NCBI GenBank assembly: GCA_963800795.1
Contig: CAWDCJ010000014.1
Coordinates: 64,942-128,941, forward strand
Direction: 5' to 3'
Length of the DNA: 64,000 bases
DNA from: an uncultured Chloroflexia bacterium
GTDB lineage: Bacteria > Chloroflexota > Limnocylindria > Limnocylindrales > CSP1-4
Part shown: piece by piece, positions 10,015 through 20,917 of the stretch
How positions within the stretch are numbered: position 1 is the first letter of the stretch
Layout: the number at the start of each line of letters is the position of its first letter
Position numbers and translations under genes: made by a program
Notes under the pieces: generated by a model
The model's input: the letters and a program-made list of their open reading frames with translations, nothing else
Database searches by the model: none
What the model was told of the DNA's origin: nothing

Positions 10015-10347
10015 TCAGGACCCGCGGTACGCCGTGAGCCCGAACGGCGCCAGCAGGAGCGGCAGGTGATAGCTCCGCGCGGCGTCGTCGACCCGGAAGT
10101 CCAGGGCGAGGCCGGTGAAGAACAACTCCCCTGGAAGCACGAACTCGAGGCGGTACGCCCCGGCCTCGAGGGTTCCGCCGGCGAGGAGATCGAGGATGCG
10201 GCCATCGACGTCGGTCACGCCCTCGCCGACGAGCGGCGCGCTGCCGTCCGCGGCCGGCCGCCGAAGCCGGATGGTGACGCCGGCCCGCGGCGTGCCCGCG
10301 GCGGTGTCCAGGAGATGGGTGGAGATCGTCGGCCGGTGCTGGGACAC
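10015..10347 (-). CDS. uraH: 5-hydroxyisourate hydrolase (transthyretin-like)
   Basis: 110-aa ORF, GTG start with GGAGGA RBS. 'ISTHLLDTAAGTPRAGV' and the diagnostic C-terminal 'YRGS'. Confidence 0.9.
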   Translation of the reverse strand: MSQHRPTISTHLLDTAAGTPRAGVTIRLRRPAADGSAPLVGEGVTDVDGRILDLLAGGTLEAGAYRLEFVLPGELFFTGLALDFRVDDAARSYHLPLLLAPFGLTAYRGS

Positions 10348-10363
10348 GCGCTATCCTCCGCCG

Positions 10364-10786
10364 ATGAGCGATCTGTCGATCCGGGTTGGCGACCTGCACT
10401 TTAGCGCCCGGTGGGAGCCCGACGCGCCGCGCACGATCGCCGTCGTCCGCGCCATGCTCCCCCTCCGCGCACGCCTGATCCACTGCCGGTGGAGCGGCGA
10501 GTCGACCTGGATCCCCTATGGCGACCTGCGGCCGGACGTCGGCTGGGAGCACCACACCTCGCACCCGGGCCCGGGGCAGCTGGCCTTGTATCCCGGCGGC
10601 ATCAGCGAGTGCGAGATCTTCGTCCCGTACGGCGCCTGCACGACGTCGTCGAAGGTCGGCCAGCTGGCGGCGAACCACTTCGCGACGATCGAGCCGGATG
10701 CAGGCTGGGCGGAGCGCCTCGGGGAGGTCGGGCGGCGCTGCCTCTGGGAGGGCGCCCAGGAGATCGAGATCGTCGAAGGCGCGTAG
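10364..10786 (+). CDS. DUF3830-family (cyclophilin-like fold) protein
   Basis: ATG at 10364, only 16 bp from the divergent uraH start. 'ARWEPDAPRTIAVVRAMLPLRARLIHCRWSGESTWIPYG' resembles DUF3830 proteins. The hydantoinase-type gene follows 3 bp downstream. Confidence 0.65.
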   Translation: MSDLSIRVGDLHFSARWEPDAPRTIAVVRAMLPLRARLIHCRWSGESTWIPYGDLRPDVGWEHHTSHPGPGQLALYPGGISECEIFVPYGACTTSSKVGQLAANHFATIEPDAGWAERLGEVGRRCLWEGAQEIEIVEGA

Positions 10787-10789
10787 GCG

Positions 10790-12188
10790 GTGATCGACCT
10801 CCTGGTCCGGGGCGGAACGGTCGTCACGCGCGAGGGCTCCACGCGGGCCGACGTCGCCGTCGAGGGCGGCCGGATCACGGCCATCGCGCCCGACCTCGGC
10901 GGCATGGCAGGGTCCGCGCGCGAGGTCGTCGATGCGACGGGCCTGCTCGTGCTCCCGGGTGTCGTCGACGTCCACACGCACGTGCGCGTCGCGACCGACG
11001 AGCGCCCGGACCGCTTCTTCGACGACTCCGTGGCGGCGGCGTTCGGCGGAACAACGACGTTCCTTGCCTTCAACAACCCGGGCACCGGGTCGTCGGATGC
11101 AGCCGCGCGCTCGCTCGAGACGGGCCTCCGCGAATGGCGCGCAGCCACGGCGAGCGACGCAGCGGTGGACGTCGCGCCGAGTCTCGTCATCACCGCGTCG
11201 AGCGAGAACACGGCCGCCGGGATCCGCGCTGCGATCGACGCCGGCGTCCCGACGTTCAAGGCGTTCATGGTCTACGACTTTGGCCTGGACGACGCGGCGA
11301 TCCTCGGGGCGCTCGAGGCGACCGGGCGCCACGGCGGCCTGCTGGAAGTTCACTGTGAGAACCGCGCGATCCTCGAGGCGCTGACGGCGCGCCACCTGGC
11401 CGCGGGCGAGGCGGAGCCCCGCTACCACGCGTCGTCGCGGCCGCCGTACGTGGAGGCGGAGGCGACCGGGCGCGCGATCGCGCTCGCCCGTGCCGCGCGG
11501 GCGCCGCTGTATGTCGTCCATCTCTCGTCGGCGGACGCCCTGGCGGAGGTGCGTGCCGCCCGTGACGAGGGACTCCCGGTATTCGCGGAGACGTGCCCCG
11601 TCTACCTGACCCTCACCGAGGACCGCTACGCCGGCGACCCCGAGACGGCGGCCCGCTACCTGATCTCGCCGCCCCTGCGCGAGCGCGGACAATCCGGACG
11701 CGCTCTGGGCCGGCCTCGCCGAGGGAGCGCTCTCGATCATCGCGACGGACCATGTGCCCGATCGCCTCGCGGTCGAGAAGCAGAGCTGGCGCCAGTCGTT
11801 CGACCGCATCTCGAACGGGGCACCCGGGATCGAGACGCTCCTTCCCGTCGTGTACGACGCCGGTGTCGCCTCGGGGCGGATGACCCTGGGACGGATGGTC
11901 GACCTCCTGTCAACGACGCCAGCGCGCCTCTTCGGGTTCGCCACGAAGGGCGCGCTCGCGGTGGGCCTCGACGCGGACATCGTCCTGTTCGACCCGGCGG
12001 CGCGCAGGACGATCCGCGGCGCCGACCTCCACCACTCGAGCGACTACACGCCGTTCGAGGGCCGCGAGGTCCGCGGCGCGGTCCGCTCCACGATCGTCCG
12101 CGGGGCGTTCGTCGTGCGCGACGGGCGGTTCGTCGGCCGAAGGGGCTACGGCCGATTCGTGGAGCGCGCGATCGAGCCGCTCGCCTGA
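10790..12188 (+). CDS. cyclic amidohydrolase (D-hydantoinase/dihydropyrimidinase/allantoinase family); frameshifted as given
   Basis: GTG start. Metal motif 'GVVDVHTH' and carboxylated-Lys motif 'PTFKAFMVY'. After 'YLISPPLRER' (~11685-11690) the homologous sequence continues in another frame: 'DNPDALWAGLAEGALSIIATDHVPD...NGAPGIE...'. That frame stops at 12188. Confidence 0.8.
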
Positions 12189-12232
12189 CGGCGTTGCTCG
12201 CCTGACGCGGTTCGTCGCCGGGCGTTGCCCGG

Positions 12233-13795
12233 TCAGTCGAGACGGCGGTACGCCTCGAGGGTGAGGAACTCGGCGAGACGGTCCGCGAGGACGAGGTCGT
12301 CGAGCAGCGCCGCGGCATCGGCGACACGCCCGGCATGCGCGCCGATCCGCGCGAGCTCATCGTCACGGATCTGCCGGTAGCGATCGGCCGTGAACGGCGC
12401 GCCGTCGTCGAGAAGGGTCGCGTGACGGCGCCACTGCCAGAGCTGGGTGCGCGAGATCTCGGCCGTCGCCGTGTCCTCCATCAGGTTGTCGATCGCGGCG
12501 GCGCCGTTTCCCTGCAGCCACGAATCCAGGTACCGCAGCGCCACGCTGACGTCCTGGCGGACGCCCGCCTCCGTCACTCGGCCGCCGGGCACCGTCACGT
12601 CGAGGAGCGCCCCCGCCGGGACCTCGCGGTCGCCGGGGGCGTCCTTCTGGTGCGGGCGGTCGCCGAGGACGCGGTCGAACACCGCGCCCGCGACCGGGAC
12701 GAGGTCCGGGTGGGCGACCCAGGTGCCATCGAAGCCGTCGCCCGCCTCGCGCTCCTTGTCCTCCCGGACCCGGACGAGCGCGTTCGCGGTGACCTCCGGC
12801 TCGCGGCGGTTGGGGATGAACGCCGACATGCCGCCGATGGCGTGGGCGCCGCGACGGTGGCAGGTCGCGACGAGCAGGCGCGTATAGGCGCGCATGAACG
12901 GGACCGCCATGGTCACCTGGCCCCGGTCGGGCATGACGAACCCGGCATTCCCCGCGAACCGCTTGATCACGCTGAACAGGTAGTCCCAGCGCCCGGCGTT
13001 GAGACCGGAAGCGTGCTCACGCAGCTCGAAGAGGATTTCGTCCATCTCGAAGGCCGCCAGGATCGTCTCGATCAGCACGGTGGCCCGGACGCTGCCGCGC
13101 GGGATCCCCGTCGCCGCCTGGGCGTGGACGAAGACGTCGTTCCAGAGGCGCGCCTCAAGATGGCCCTCGAGCTTGGGCAGGTAGAGGTACGGACCGGAGC
13201 CACGGGCCAGCGTCTCCGCGGCGTTGTGGAACAGGAAGAGGCCGGCGTCGAACAGGCTCGCCGACACGGGCCGGCCGTCGACGACGACGTGACGCTCCTC
13301 GAGGTGCCAGCCGCGCGGACGAACGAGCAGGGTCGCCGTCCGCTCCGCCAGCCGATAGGCCTTCTCGGGCGTTTCGAAGGCAAGCGTGCGTCGGACGGCC
13401 TGCCGCACCGCGAGCTGGCCGCCGATCACGTTCGCCCAGGTCGGGCTCAGCGCGTCCTCGAAGTCCGCCATGAAGACCCGCGCGCCGGAGTTGAGCGCGT
13501 TGATCATCATCTTCGGCTCGGCGGGGCCGGTGATCTCGACGCGGCGGTCGTCGAGGTCGGGCGGCGGCGGCGCGACCCGCCAGTCGCTCGCGCGGACGTC
13601 CGCCGTCTCGGCGAGGAATCCCGGCAGGACCCCGCGCTCGATCTCCGCATGGCGTGCCGCGCGTCGCCCGAGCAGGGCGCGGCGCTCGTTGCGGAACCGG
13701 CGCTCGAGGTCGGCGACGAACGCAACTGCGTCGGGCGTGAGGACGAGCTCCTGGCCCGGGACGGCGGGCCCGAGGATCTCGACGCCCGGCGCCAT
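12233..13795 (-). CDS. aceB: malate synthase A
   Basis: ATG at 13795 gives 520 aa. '[14 protein letters not shown]', '[17 protein letters not shown]', '[12 protein letters not shown]', 'AFIPNRR'. The size matches the A-type enzyme. Confidence 0.9.
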   Translation of the reverse strand: MAPGVEILGPAVPGQELVLTPDAVAFVADLERRFRNERRALLGRRAARHAEIERGVLPGFLAETADVRASDWRVAPPPPDLDDRRVEITGPAEPKMMINALNSGARVFMADFEDALSPTWANVIGGQLAVRQAVRRTLAFETPEKAYRLAERTATLLVRPRGWHLEERHVVVDGRPVSASLFDAGLFLFHNAAETLARGSGPYLYLPKLEGHLEARLWNDVFVHAQAATGIPRGSVRATVLIETILAAFEMDEILFELREHASGLNAGRWDYLFSVIKRFAGNAGFVMPDRGQVTMAVPFMRAYTRLLVATCHRRGAHAIGGMSAFIPNRREPEVTANALVRVREDKEREAGDGFDGTWVAHPDLVPVAGAVFDRVLGDRPHQKDAPGDREVPAGALLDVTVPGGRVTEAGVRQDVSVALRYLDSWLQGNGAAAIDNLMEDTATAEISRTQLWQWRRHATLLDDGAPFTADRYRQIRDDELARIGAHAGRVADAAALLDDLVLADRLAEFLTLEAYRRLD

Positions 13796-13800
13796 CGCGG

Positions 13801-14646
13801 TCACGACGCTGCCCGCCGGACGGTGGCCTCGATGAGGCCGTGCGGCTCGGTCGTCGCGACGAAGATCTCGCCCCGGTTCGTCCCGCCGAGCGGCGCCAGG
13901 TCGACCGGCCAGTGGTGGAGGTTCGGCAGCGACATGCGGACCTCGTCGATCTCCGCGTGCCGTTCGAGCATGGCGTTGGCCATGATCCAGATCGAGTGCT
14001 GGATCGACTCGCTGGCGTGCTCGGCAAAGACCTCCCGGAGCGTGGCCGAGATCGCCGCGTGGCTCGCGTCCCAATCGTCGGCGGGGCCGCGGTGGCGCCA
14101 GGTCGCCGTCACCTTCGTCGCCATGACCCGGTCGCGCGCATCGGCCAGCGTCGTGTAGCGGTCACGCGGGAAGCCCGAGAACGCGGATCGCGCCGTCTTC
14201 ATCACGACGAGGTCCGCGAGGCCCGACGCAACCATCGTGGCCTCCCGGGTCGCGACCACCTCCGCGGTCCGGGTCGCATCCCCGGCCCGTTGGAAGGCAT
14301 CCGGCGCGGGCGCGCCGTCGACGGGGATCGGCGTCCACTGATGCTCGCGGAGGGAGACGGTCGACCGCACGACCTGGGGGAAACCGAGGAAATGCTCGGC
14401 CAGGACCGCCCCGAACGCCTCGATGGCGCCGGTGAGCTGGTCCGCCGCGAGGGCGTAGACGGTGTTCTTCATCGTTTCTGTCGCGACGACCTGCGCGTTG
14501 TCGCCGGCCTTGAACGCGGTCGCGAAGTCCCCCTCGAGTGCGACGTCGACGGTGAGATCGCGGACCGTGTGTTCCTCGGGCCCACGAACAACCTTGACGA
14601 CCCGAATCGCGCGCTTGCCATATCGGTTCGGGCCGAGGTCGATCAC
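13801..14646 (-). CDS. uox: urate oxidase (uricase)
   Basis: GTG at 14646 preceded by AGGAGG. '[13 protein letters not shown]', '[10 protein letters not shown]', '[12 protein letters not shown]', 'SIQHSIW' fit the two-T-fold uricase family. The stop lies 5 bp upstream of the aceB start. Confidence 0.9.
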   Translation of the reverse strand: MIDLGPNRYGKRAIRVVKVVRGPEEHTVRDLTVDVALEGDFATAFKAGDNAQVVATETMKNTVYALAADQLTGAIEAFGAVLAEHFLGFPQVVRSTVSLREHQWTPIPVDGAPAPDAFQRAGDATRTAEVVATREATMVASGLADLVVMKTARSAFSGFPRDRYTTLADARDRVMATKVTATWRHRGPADDWDASHAAISATLREVFAEHASESIQHSIWIMANAMLERHAEIDEVRMSLPNLHHWPVDLAPLGGTNRGEIFVATTEPHGLIEATVRRAAS

Positions 14647-14708
14647 GGCGGTCCTCCTGGGACGGGCTGGAGTCGGGCAAGGGTGCCGTCGAGCGCCGCG
14701 GACGTCAA

Positions 14709-14820
14709 GGCGCCGTATCGCGGCGGCGCCGTATCGCGGCGGCGCCGTATCGCGGCGGCGCCGTATCGCGGCGGCGCCGTATCGCGGCGGCGCCATATCG
14801 CGGCAGCACCGTGTCGAGGC
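14709..14820. repeat. 16-bp tandem repeat (GGCGCCGTATCGCGGC): 5 perfect copies, one 1-mismatch copy and one degenerate copy
   Basis: Read directly. Units start at 14709, 14725, 14741, 14757 and 14773 (identical), 14789 (G->A) and 14805 (12/16 match). The array is intergenic, between the D-aminoacylase stop (14857) and the uricase start (14646). The period is not a multiple of 3. Confidence 0.95.
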
Positions 14821-14856
14821 GGCGCGCCGTCCGTTCGTCATCCCGTCGGTCGACGA

Positions 14857-16489
14857 TCAGTCGCGGCGTCCGCGGCGGAGCGCGCGGCCGGGCGTCGCGC
14901 CGGTGTGCTCGCCGCCGTCGACCACCAGGACCCCGTTCACCAGCACGTACGGGATGCCCTCGGGGTAGCGGCGCGGCTCGTCGTACGTCGCCAGCGCCCG
15001 CACGCGCGCCGGGTCGAACACGACCAGGTCCGCCTTGAAGCCATCCGCGAGGACGCCCCGATCGGCGAGACCGAGCCGAGCGGCCGGTGCCCCGGTCATC
15101 TTCCGGACGGCGTCCTCCAGGCCCAGCCAGCGCTCCTCGCGGACGAACTCGCCGAGGATGCGCGGATAGGTCCCGTAGGTGCGAGGCGCCGGCTTCGCCG
15201 CGATCATCACGCCGTCCGTGGCGATCATCGCCCGGGGATGCCGGATGAACGGCCGGATCCCCGCCAGGTGGGGCCCGGGCGTCACCTGGTTGATCCGCAG
15301 GTCCTCCGCGAGCAGCAGGTCGCAGATCGCGTCGACCGGGTCCAGCCCGGTCGCCTTGAGGTACGCGCCGAGCGTCCGGCCCTCCCATTCCGCGTTCTCC
15401 GGGCGGGCGAAGTACCCCAGCCTGACCTCGTCCCACGAGCGGTCGCCGGCAAAGAGGCGCCCGCGGGCAGCGGCCTCCTGGCGAACGCGCGCCCGCACCG
15501 TGCGATCGGCGAGGCGCTCCCGGAGCGGGCCTACCCCGCCGGCCTGGAGCCAGTTCGGCAGCATGATCAGCAGCCGGGTGCTCGCCCACTCGTAGGGGTA
15601 GAGGTCGAACGTGACGTCAAGGCCCGCGGCCCGCGCGTCGTCGACGAGGGCGAGCATCACCTCCGGCGAGCCCGGGAAGGTCGGCCGGTGGTAGAAGTGG
15701 GTGATGTGGACCGGGGCGCCGGACCGTCGCCCGATCTCGATCGCCTCGCGGTACGGGTCGAGGAACCCGTCGCCCAGCGGATACCGGACATGGGTGTGGT
15801 AGATCCCACCGAGCCCGGCGACAACGGCTCGCCAGCTCGGCCAGCTCGGCGGTCGTCGCGTACGACCCGGGCGGGTAGTCGAGGCCGGTGGACAGGCCGA
15901 AGGCGCCATCCTCCAGGGCCTCCCGGAGGCGCGACCGCTGGTCCGCCATCGCGCGGGTGTCCGCTTCCACCTCGTCCCAGCCAACCGATGCGATCCGGAG
16001 CGGTGAGTTCCCGACGACGTACGCGACGTTGACCGAGGTCGTCCCGTCGTACCGCGCGAGGTAGTCGGAGACCGTGGACCAGTCGTAGGCGATCTCCGGC
16101 CGGCCGTCGAGCCCGCCATTGAGGACGACGTAGTCAAGGAGGTCGCGTCGCGACGGGAACGGCGCGTAGGCGTTGCCGTCGACGCCGATCAGCTCGGTTG
16201 TGACGCCCTGTCGAACCTTGGGCTCGTGGAGCGGCTCGGCGAGCATCACCAGCCCGCCGTGGCTGTGGAGGTCGATGAACCCCGGCGCGATCACGAGGCC
16301 GCGGGCGTCGATCGTTCGGCCGGCCCGGATCCCGGAAGCGCCGCGATCGTCCGTCGCCGCCCGCCGATCGCCGTCCGGCAGGACGATCAGGCGGTCGCCG
16401 AGGACGGCGACCGAGCCCGGAAAGCCGGGCCGCCCGGTCCCGTCGACGATCGTGCCGCCGTCGACCAGGACGTCCGCGTCGATCGTCAT
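14857..16489 (-). CDS. N-acyl-D-amino-acid deacylase (D-aminoacylase) family amidohydrolase; frameshifted as given
   Basis: ATG at 16489. 'GFIDLHSHGG' lies in the N-terminal ORF (15617..16573 track ORF). 'GGIYHTHVRY' and 'VHITHFYH' lie in the C-terminal ORF (14857..16137). The junction 'YATTAELAELAS|AVVAGLGG' places one indel near 15826-15834. Confidence 0.8.
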
Positions 16490-16830
16490 GCGAGGCCCCA
16501 CGATCCGTCGCGGCGGACAGCGCCTGTCCGGGTGGCGAGCTCCCGGCGACGGCGAAGCGACAGTGACACGCACGGGATGCTACCCGCCGCGGCAGTCGAC
16601 CGGGCGCGCGTTGCAGATCGGACGGTGCCGTGGGGCAAGGACCGCCGGCGCGAGCGTCCCGGCCGATCGGGGCCGCCGCCTCCACGCGACGGGAGCGGGA
16701 GAGGCGGGCGTTCACGTGAGCCGGACCGGTGGTCATAATCGGGTCCCCACATGAACCCCCAGCTCCCCTCACGCGGCCCGCTCGCTCCCTCGCGGGACGG
16801 CTCCGGCCGGACCGGCCCTGGCCGCGAGCG

Positions 16831-17769
16831 ATGACCCGGAACAACGCGATGCACCCGCGGCACGGGCGGTTCTCTGGGAGGCGCACCCCGGTCGTCACGA
16901 CCGGTGGAAGCAGCCGGAGGCTGGCGCTGCTCGGCACCGTCTCGGCGCTCCTCGTCGCAGGCGTCTGGCTTGCCACGACCCAGTCGCTCATCGGCCAGCA
17001 GATCGCGGACCTGATCCTGTACGGGCGGGTCGCGTCCGACCCTGCCGTGCTGGGCGCGGCGGCCGATGCCCTGACCACGGTCAGCCTGGCGTTCGCCATG
17101 GCGGCCTCGCTCGGGCTCCTGGGCCTGGCGATCGTACGGGGCGGCTTCGGGCTGGCCGCGGCCGTGCTCGTGCTCCTCGCCGGGGCGAATCTCACGACGC
17201 AGCTCCTGAAGCAGGTCCTCGAGCGCCCGGACCTTCTCGCGGGAGCGGCATACGCCAGCGGGAACAGCTTCCCGAGCGGGCACGTCGCCATCGTCTCGTC
17301 GCTCGCCCTCGCAGGCGTCCTCGTCGTGCCCCGGCGGGCGCGCACCCTCGTCGCCGTCATCGGGGCGGGACTGGTCGCGACCGTGGGGGTCAGCACGATG
17401 ATCGCGGGTTGGCATCGCCTTGCCGACGTCGAGGGCGCGATCTTCATCTCCCTCGCCTGGGCCTCGTTCGTGACGGCCATCCTCGTCACCGTCCGGGGCT
17501 GGATGCCCAGGCGAACCTGGAGGCGTGGCGTCGGCGGCCCGCCGATACGGCTCCTCGGTGCCGCCGGGGCCGTCGCTGTCGTCGCCGGCACGATCGGGAT
17601 CGTCGTGTTCGGCGTGGATCCGTCGCCGCTGGCGGAGCTGGTGGCGACGAACGCGATCGCCCCGCGGACGTTCGTCGCGGCCCTCGCGGTCGCGGCGGGG
17701 ACGTCGCTCGTCGGGTGCGCCGGCTACGTGTGGGCGCTGCGGGGCGTCGCCTTCGAGCTGCCGGGCTGA
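16831..17769 (+). CDS. PAP2-superfamily membrane phosphatase
   Basis: Multi-TM ORF with PAP2 motifs 'KQVLERPD', 'SFPSGH' and 'GWHRLADV'. Start taken at ATG 16831; the track ORF begins at 16729. Confidence 0.75.
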   Translation: MTRNNAMHPRHGRFSGRRTPVVTTGGSSRRLALLGTVSALLVAGVWLATTQSLIGQQIADLILYGRVASDPAVLGAAADALTTVSLAFAMAASLGLLGLAIVRGGFGLAAAVLVLLAGANLTTQLLKQVLERPDLLAGAAYASGNSFPSGHVAIVSSLALAGVLVVPRRARTLVAVIGAGLVATVGVSTMIAGWHRLADVEGAIFISLAWASFVTAILVTVRGWMPRRTWRRGVGGPPIRLLGAAGAVAVVAGTIGIVVFGVDPSPLAELVATNAIAPRTFVAALAVAAGTSLVGCAGYVWALRGVAFELPG

Positions 17770-17825
17770 CTGCCGCGGACGCTCGGTCCGGGCGGGCGGC
17801 ACGGATGCCGCGGTGCGGAGGACCG

Positions 17826-18074
17826 CTACGCGGCCGCCTGGACCATGCCCTCATCCGGAAGGTCGATCTCGTGGCGGTCGTGGATGCGGGTTCCGAGGCG
17901 AAGGCGGATCCCACGGAGCGACCGCAGGGATGCGCATTCGATCCAGAGGCTGCCGCCGTGGACCTCGATCGTCATCGGCTGACCGCAGGCCCGGCAGAAG
18001 TCATATTCGCGCCACGCCAGCTCAATTCGTTCGCGGGCGAGGTCCTCGGTGGTCGGCATCGTCAGCAGGTTCAT
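17826..18074 (-). CDS. small hypothetical protein (82 aa)
   Basis: ATG at 18074 preceded by an AGGAG RBS. Codon third positions are GC-biased. Contains 'FCRACGQPM...WIEC'. No family recognised. Confidence 0.5.
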   Translation of the reverse strand: MNLLTMPTTEDLARERIELAWREYDFCRACGQPMTIEVHGGSLWIECASLRSLRGIRLRLGTRIHDRHEIDLPDEGMVQAAA

Positions 18075-18112
18075 GAGAGCTCCTGTTCGAGTTCGATCCG
18101 GTGCGATGTGGG

Positions 18113-18168
18113 TTCTGGATCGATCAAGAACATCGCCACTGTACACGAAGGGTCTGGATCGGTCAAGA
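18113..18168. promoter_or_regulatory. two copies of a 16-18-bp palindrome (TTCTGGATCGATCAAGAA / TCTGGATCGGTCAAGA), candidate LacI-type operators
   Basis: Sites at 18113-18130 and 18153-18168 share a core with one mismatch and have central CG symmetry. They are spaced 39 bp apart in the 101-bp divergent intergenic region upstream of the LacI-family gene. Confidence 0.5.
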
Positions 18169-18175
18169 TGACGCC

Positions 18176-19293
18176 ATGGACGACCGATCGAGCCCCCCGC
18201 GCCGGTTCACGCTCCGTGATCTCGCGAAATCCCTGGGCGTCTCGAAGACGACGGTCTCCAACGCGTTCAGCCGTCCCGACCAGCTCTCCCCTGCGCTGCG
18301 CGATCGCGTCCTCGAGGCCGCCCGCGCCGAGGGATACGCGGGCCCGGACCCGGTTGCCCGGATGCTCCGCACCGGCCGGGCCGGCGCGTTGGGCCTCATC
18401 CTCCCCGAGTCGCTCCCATTCGCGCTCGACGACCCATCGACCAGCGAGCTCATCCGGGGCATCGCCGACGCGTGCGAGGAGCGGCGGCTGGGCCTGCTCG
18501 TGATCCCGGGCGCCAGCCGCGTGCGCGACCCTCGCGCCATCACGGACGTCGCGGTCGACGGGTTCATCGCCTACTCGCTGCCGTCGGACACGGCGGTGCT
18601 GCACCAGGTGCTCGCGCGCGGCGTACCGGTCGTCGTTGTCGACGAGCCTCGCCTGCCCGGGGTCGCGACGGTCAGCATCGACGATCCGGGCGGCGCCCGG
18701 CTGGCGGCGCGCCACCTCCTCGAGCTGGGCCACCGCCGGCTCGGCATCGTGACCCTGCCGTTCAGGTCCGATGGGTACACCGGCCAGGGTGACGAGGCCC
18801 GCATCGAGGCGGCGACCTACGACGTGGCGGCGCGGAGGCTCGGCGGATACCGCGCGGCGCTTGCCGACGCGGGCCTGGCGGGCGATGACGTATCCGTCTA
18901 CGAGTGCGCACACAGCGACGAGGAGCTCGGTCGGCAGGCCGGGCGGGCCTCCTGGAGCGGGCCGTGCCACCGACGGCGATCCTCGCGATGAGCGACCGGC
19001 TTGCCCTCGGCGTGCTTGCCGCCGCACGGGAGCTGCGCGTCGACGTGCCGCGGTCGCTCGCCGTCGTGGGCTTCGACGACATCGCCGCGGCCGCGAAGAG
19101 CCGGCCGTCGCTGACGACGATCCGCCAGCCGCTCCGCCTGAAGGGCTACGCGGCGGCGCGGTTCCTGCTCGACGCCCCGCATGCGCGCCCCCGGGACTCG
19201 GCCGCGAGGACGGTCGCGGCCGGCAGCGACGAGCTGGACTTCCCGGTCGAGCTCGTGATCCGGCGCTCCACCGCGGCGGCCGCCGCATCCTGA
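18176..19293 (+). CDS. LacI-family transcriptional regulator; frameshifted as given
   Basis: ATG at 18176. HTH 'FTLRDLAKSLGVSKTTVSNAFS'. The periplasmic-binding-fold body continues after ~18940-18950 in another frame: 'GRQAGRA|LLERAVPPTAILAMSDRLALGVL...VVGFDDI'. Confidence 0.85.
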
Positions 19294-19430
19294 GGCGGCG
19301 CGGCCGCGCTCGCGCCTCGACCGCGCCCGTTCGGTATCGTTCATCCTGAGCGGGTCACGCCGCCCACCCGCGTGTCTCCACGATCACGGCCCGACACCGC
19401 GTGCTCCCCGCGGGCCGGAAGGAGAACCTC

Positions 19431-20835
<1,405 letters not shown>

Positions 20836-20917
20836 GCGATCCGGGCCCGGCCGGACTCGCGGCCGAGCCGATCGGGGCCCGCTCCGCCGTCGCGGACGAG
20901 CCCGCCACCGCGACGCC

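Noticed and set aside
11680-11695. Programmed ribosomal frameshift in the hydantoinase gene (and at the other frameshift sites)
   Set aside because: There is no slippery X_XXY_YYZ heptamer, no downstream pseudoknot-like structure and no precedent in these families. An indel, whether error or mutation, is the simpler explanation.
9452-11980. 842-aa ORF on the minus strand
   Set aside because: Only its last ~185 codons (OHCU decarboxylase) resemble a real protein. The remainder is Arg/Pro/Gly-rich and lies antisense to uraH-adjacent DNA, DUF3830 and the hydantoinase gene, so it is a typical GC-rich shadow ORF.
14709-14820. Tandem repeat considered as a CRISPR array
   Set aside because: The units are directly abutting 16-mers with no spacers, which is far too short for CRISPR repeats. 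No cas genes are present in the window.
12335-16032. Long plus-strand ORFs 12335..14158 (607 aa) and 13840..16032 (730 aa)
   Set aside because: They are antisense to malate synthase, uricase and the D-aminoacylase, have shadow-ORF composition and no recognisable domains.
19294-19430. T-box or other leader riboswitch upstream of asnS
   Set aside because: Only ~137 nt are available, and I see no specifier-loop or T-box sequence (AANNNGGUGGNACCGCG-like).
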